From Pseudomonadota bacterium (lineage in GTDB: Bacteria > Bdellovibrionota > FAC87 > UBA2466): DNA of 64,000 nucleotides. How positions within the stretch are numbered: position 1 is the stretch's first letter; every line of letters starts with the position of its first letter. Positions 60,322-64,000 of the stretch are shown here, piece by piece. A model generated the notes under the pieces. It searched no databases, had not been told where the DNA came from, and saw only the letters and a program-made list of their open reading frames with translations. A program made the position numbers and the translations under genes. The DNA is taken from NCBI GenBank assembly GCA_009927165.1, contig RFNO01000113.1, positions 25,152 through 89,151 of the forward strand. Reading direction: 5' to 3'.

Positions 60322-63300
60322 TGAAAAAGGGGATCAGTCACGATTATGCGTTGCGTCTATCTGATAAAACATGATGTTCTGAGAAAGCTCATTCTCGCTC
60401 TTGTTTTTGTCAGTATGGCCCCTTCTTTTGTTGCTGTCGCCGATTCCACTCACGATTCCTCGACAGATAAGACTCAAAAAAGACGGCCCCGAATTGCTCC
60501 CTACTGTGAGAAGCGAACCAATAAAAAAAATGTTCTCGATGTACTTTTTAATAATTCAACCGGTAATACGGTAAACTTCAATCAACTGTTTCCAAACTCA
60601 GAAGACCAGGAATTTCCCTTAGGACGTTCGCCGGAAAGCAAAGATAGAAAATCTCTTGCGCCTTTTAATCCTCAGACGACTCTCAGCTTTTTTGAACAAC
60701 TTATCCGATGCGAATCCCCCTCACTTTATAAACTCTCGGTTCTTGAGTCGCTACAGGAGACTTGCAGTGAACAAAACTCTAGTATTGGGGTGCAAAATCA
60801 GAAAATTGTTTGCGAACTCGTCCAAGCTTTTGGCGTGCTGAATGCCCTACCTGCTGATTTCAATTTGTCTCTTGCAGATCAAGTTCAACAATTTATGAAA
60901 ATGGGCTCAATCGAAGCAGAGCCCCTGAGTTCGATCCTGAAAAACATAGATAAGATTCGAAGTGAAAATACAAGCAGTACCGATTTGGAACTTCTCAGAG
61001 CCTTGCTTTTTGGAAAAATGTTCGGCGGGTTCATGGGTGCAATCGACTTTTTTGTAGGGCCCGATGTTGCAGAAGCACTGAGACAACGATTTCTTTTGGG
61101 ACCTCCCTCTGCTGCCGACAAAAACTCAGCTTCCTTCCTCCCCAGCAACTCGAAATATTTCCTAAACCAGAATCCTCCTCCGCATAAGGACAACCCAGCT
61201 ATTCAGGAATGGATGAAAGGGTTATCGAATCTGCTCAACCAAAGAGAACAGTCTCCTGAAAAAGCGACCCAAGCTTTTTCCCAGCTTAAAAGTGCGATTG
61301 GGAAACTGGACTCTTTGTCACCTCAAGAGCACGCTCAGTTCAGACGATGGGCCCTTGAAAGACTGGTTGAAACACAATCAGGACAAATAAGCAGCTCGTC
61401 TTCAGCTCCTCATCAAAACGTCTTCAGCTCGCTACAGCATTCATTAATCAACACTTTAAAACGACTCGACACTATTTCCTCAGATTCTGGCGATGAACAA
61501 GTAAATTCAGGCTACCCAGCATTGCTTATGGAAGAATCCAAGCTTAATCACGCTCTTTCCCCATCTGAAAAAAAAGAATTGGACGAATTAGAATACTTTT
61601 TTAAAAACAGCCACAAATCTTCCCTGAACTCAATGAGCCGAATTGCTCTCATGAGTTTAACTGAACAACAACGGCACTTCCTTTTAGAGCTCACCAAGCA
61701 CCCCTCTGCTTCTCAAGATACTCATTTGAAATTTTGGCTCACTGAGCCGAATCCGAAATGGATTTCCCAAGCCCAGCAACTGCTGTCCGACAAAGATAGT
61801 TCTTCAAGGTATTTAGCTAATTTGAGTGAACGCTTTTCTGAAGAGGTCTTGGGTCACCCACTGCCTATAACCAGCAAGATTAGATTACTAGCGCTCGATC
61901 ACGATTCACGAGAAAAACTTAATCGATTGATGGGCATTTTAAAGAAGGATGACCCAAACACTCACAGCTTAATGGAACGCCTGCTCAAGAACGGATCTGC
62001 ATCAGAAATTGAAGCGGCTTCTCAACTCTACGACTCTGCTTTCCATCAGTATTCGACTCATTTCAAACAGAGTAGATTACGAGAAAGGTTTATTTCCGAC
62101 CTTGTTAGTAATGGGAAATTGACTGGAGAAAGCGAGAGAGAGCTGGACTTGTTAATACAAGACATTGCTCAAAGCGAGTCCAATGGGAAAACGTCTTCCG
62201 AACTAAAACAGCAATTCTTAGAGCGCCTCAAAGAAGAAGCTTCGTTTAAAAAGAAGCATGGGGGGGCACTCAGGGATTTTGCGGATACTCTAACCGGAAA
62301 GATTTCCAGCTCCTCCTCCCATACAACCAATGACTGGCGAGCAGCCCTGGTTCGAAAACCCCCTTCTGCGCTCTCTGAATCCGAAAAGAAAGCCCTTTCT
62401 CTTTTCAAGGAAAATGACCACCTTGCGGAGACTTTTAGAAAGACCCAGCAACGACTGTCTGAGGAGCTCCATCGCTGGTCACGTGCACTTGAACGAAGCA
62501 CTTCGGAAACTGATCAACAAAAAGCAACTCAGAAAATACAGGAGCTGGGAAAAGTTGCAAAGGAAGAACAAGCTCGTTTCTTAAAGCTTATCCAAGAGAA
62601 TGAGCTTATTGTGTCCTCACTAAAACAAAATCAGGATCTTCCTATTGTCGAACGCGCCTATGAGTTTATGGAACAGCATCAAGTTTCACCTGAGATGGCA
62701 GACATAGTTTTTTCTCAACTAAGCGAACTCATGGGACGCAATCAAAGACGGGACCGTTTGTTTCAGGCGAGTATGGGTCAATCGTCCGGAGCATTCAAGC
62801 CTGCAACAGATGCAGCTAGAAACCTTTTCGCTCAGGAGGAACATTCCGTTCGGGAGCTTTATTCCAAAGCGGAAAATACACTGCCGGCTGGTTGGCTAGA
62901 AGCCCAAAACACTGCAAGCGAGCAAAAGAAACAGAGAGATTCAAAACGAAAACTCGTTTTTGACCAATTAGCCGAATTCGGAGTGAAAACACAAGCTGGT
63001 TCCGAACAACTAGATTTTTCTCAAGTTAACCTGGTAAACAAAAACCTCGATCGATTCAAATCCCTTTTGTCGGAATATAGAAAGACTGTGGGATCAAATG
63101 AACTCGATGCTCCAGATTTTTGGGATGTCTTTCAGGGCCAGTTAGAAACCCTCTACAGTGGCTCTGACCATTCGAATGTCTTTGCTTTTAACGAAAGCAT
63201 GGCTATTCGCGCAAAAAGAATCCCCCTTTCTGATCAAAAGGAACCCTGGAATGAAGGAGGCCTCGATCGGGTTGAGTTTGAGTTCGTAGATGGAAAGCAG

Positions 63301-64000
63301 TTGTCTGCTGAACTGAAAGAAAAATCTGCTGCTCTTAAAACCAATCTAGACAGGCGCCTAAGTCTGATTAAATCTACGACAAGCACCATCAACGGTCTGA
63401 GTGTTGCCATGGAAGACGTTCCTCGAGCATTCATCAAATCGTGGACTGGGCTCGACATTTCCAAATATTACCAACCGTACGGCCTTGCCACACAACTTCA
63501 CGGTATCGAATGGGGACCAGAGGGACCCACCACTTACACTCAAAGAATGCTTGAGCGAGACTTAAACCAGGAAATAAAGCTCATACAAGATTTAAGAAAA
63601 CTTGGAAATCTTCCAGTTGATTATGTAGTTCCGGGACAAAAAACTGTAAAGATACCAGCTTATCAGTATGCAGATCTCATGGAGAACCGCGCAGTTCTTC
63701 TGGATCGATTTCACGGACAGGAATTGAATAGCTTACTTCGTGACCTGGATTACACGATAGCAGGAATGGAATTGGGTCAAGAAGCGGGGATTGCTGCAGG
63801 GGTAACCCTAGCGACTATGGGCATGGGTACGGCCATTTCGGGTACGGGACTCGCTTTAAAAATTGGAAGAGCAGCTTCACTTCTCAATTCGGCAGTCGGT
63901 GGAAGTCGATTAGCTCTGCAAGCTGCGGCAGTGGCTCAAAGAGCATCCCCTCTAGCGATGAGAACGCTTCAGTATGGTCGCGGACTCGGGACGATGAGTT
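60322..64000 (+). CDS. Very large secreted / membrane-interacting hypothetical protein, 3' truncated by the window end (at least 1226 codons, no stop reached). Absent from the supplied ORF track.
   Basis: Manual translation of the frame starting at ATG 60322 (an in-frame TAG lies upstream at 60298-60300) shows no stop codon through nt 64000. AGGAGG sits 16 nt upstream. N-terminus has a basic n-region plus a hydrophobic LILALVFVSMAPSFVAVA segment. The last ~70 aa in the window are a Gly/Ala-rich hydrophobic segment. Confidence 0.6.

Noticed and set aside
60347-60364. First-pass reading of an ATG at 60347 as the start of the long ORF
   Set aside because: Careful position-tracked translation shows that frame hits TGA after 5 codons. 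The open frame is the one starting at ATG 60322, in phase with 60415, and I verified it codon by codon to 64000.
1-64000. Search for CRISPR arrays, tRNA/rRNA genes, transposases, integrases and phage structural genes
   Set aside because: I found no regularly spaced direct repeats, no T-loop/acceptor-like tRNA signatures in intergenic regions, and no ORFs with recognisable recombinase, transposase or capsid motifs. The window appears to be core chromosome.

Overview
This 64 kb window reads as chromosomal DNA of about 43-45 % GC (estimated by eye), densely packed with roughly 55 protein-coding genes on both strands. I found no rRNA, tRNA, CRISPR array, transposase, integrase or phage genes. Gene content, in order:
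- Housekeeping and central metabolism: sdhC(partial)-sdhA-sdhB, ftsK, a rhomboid protease, hppD, folC, serC-serA, purA, gdh, leucine dehydrogenase, murJ and an rlmI-like methyltransferase.
- A complete nucleoside catabolic cluster: deoC-deoB-deoA-punA-cdd plus a nucleobase deaminase-like amidohydrolase.
- Propionyl-CoA pathway parts scattered across the window: methylmalonyl-CoA epimerase, biotin carboxylase + BCCP + carboxyltransferase, and a stand-alone methylmalonyl-CoA mutase catalytic subunit.
- A contiguous prkA-yeaH(DUF444)-spoVR module followed by a gene for a degenerate-receiver/GAF protein.
- Two FHA-domain signalling proteins, FHA-GGDEF and FHA-TM-TPR.
- A PilT retraction ATPase carrying an unusual ~150-aa proline-rich tail, next to three large polytopic membrane proteins (Wzy-like and GT-C-like).
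- An envelope/lipid block: TolC-like channel, App1-like phosphatase and two tandem FadL-family outer-membrane paralogs.
- A very large signal-peptide-bearing ORF (at least 1226 codons, start 60322) that runs off the 3' end of the window. The supplied ORF track misses it because no stop codon falls inside the window.
The overall mix (nucleoside scavenging, amino-acid and fatty-acid catabolism, PilT, many FHA/TPR proteins, large secreted proteins) suggests a Bdellovibrio-like predatory bacterium; that is inference only. The best candidates for something new are the giant secreted ORF with a C-terminal Gly/Ala-rich hydrophobic segment and the PilT-adjacent membrane-protein trio. Every functional call comes from motif recognition by eye; no database search was possible.
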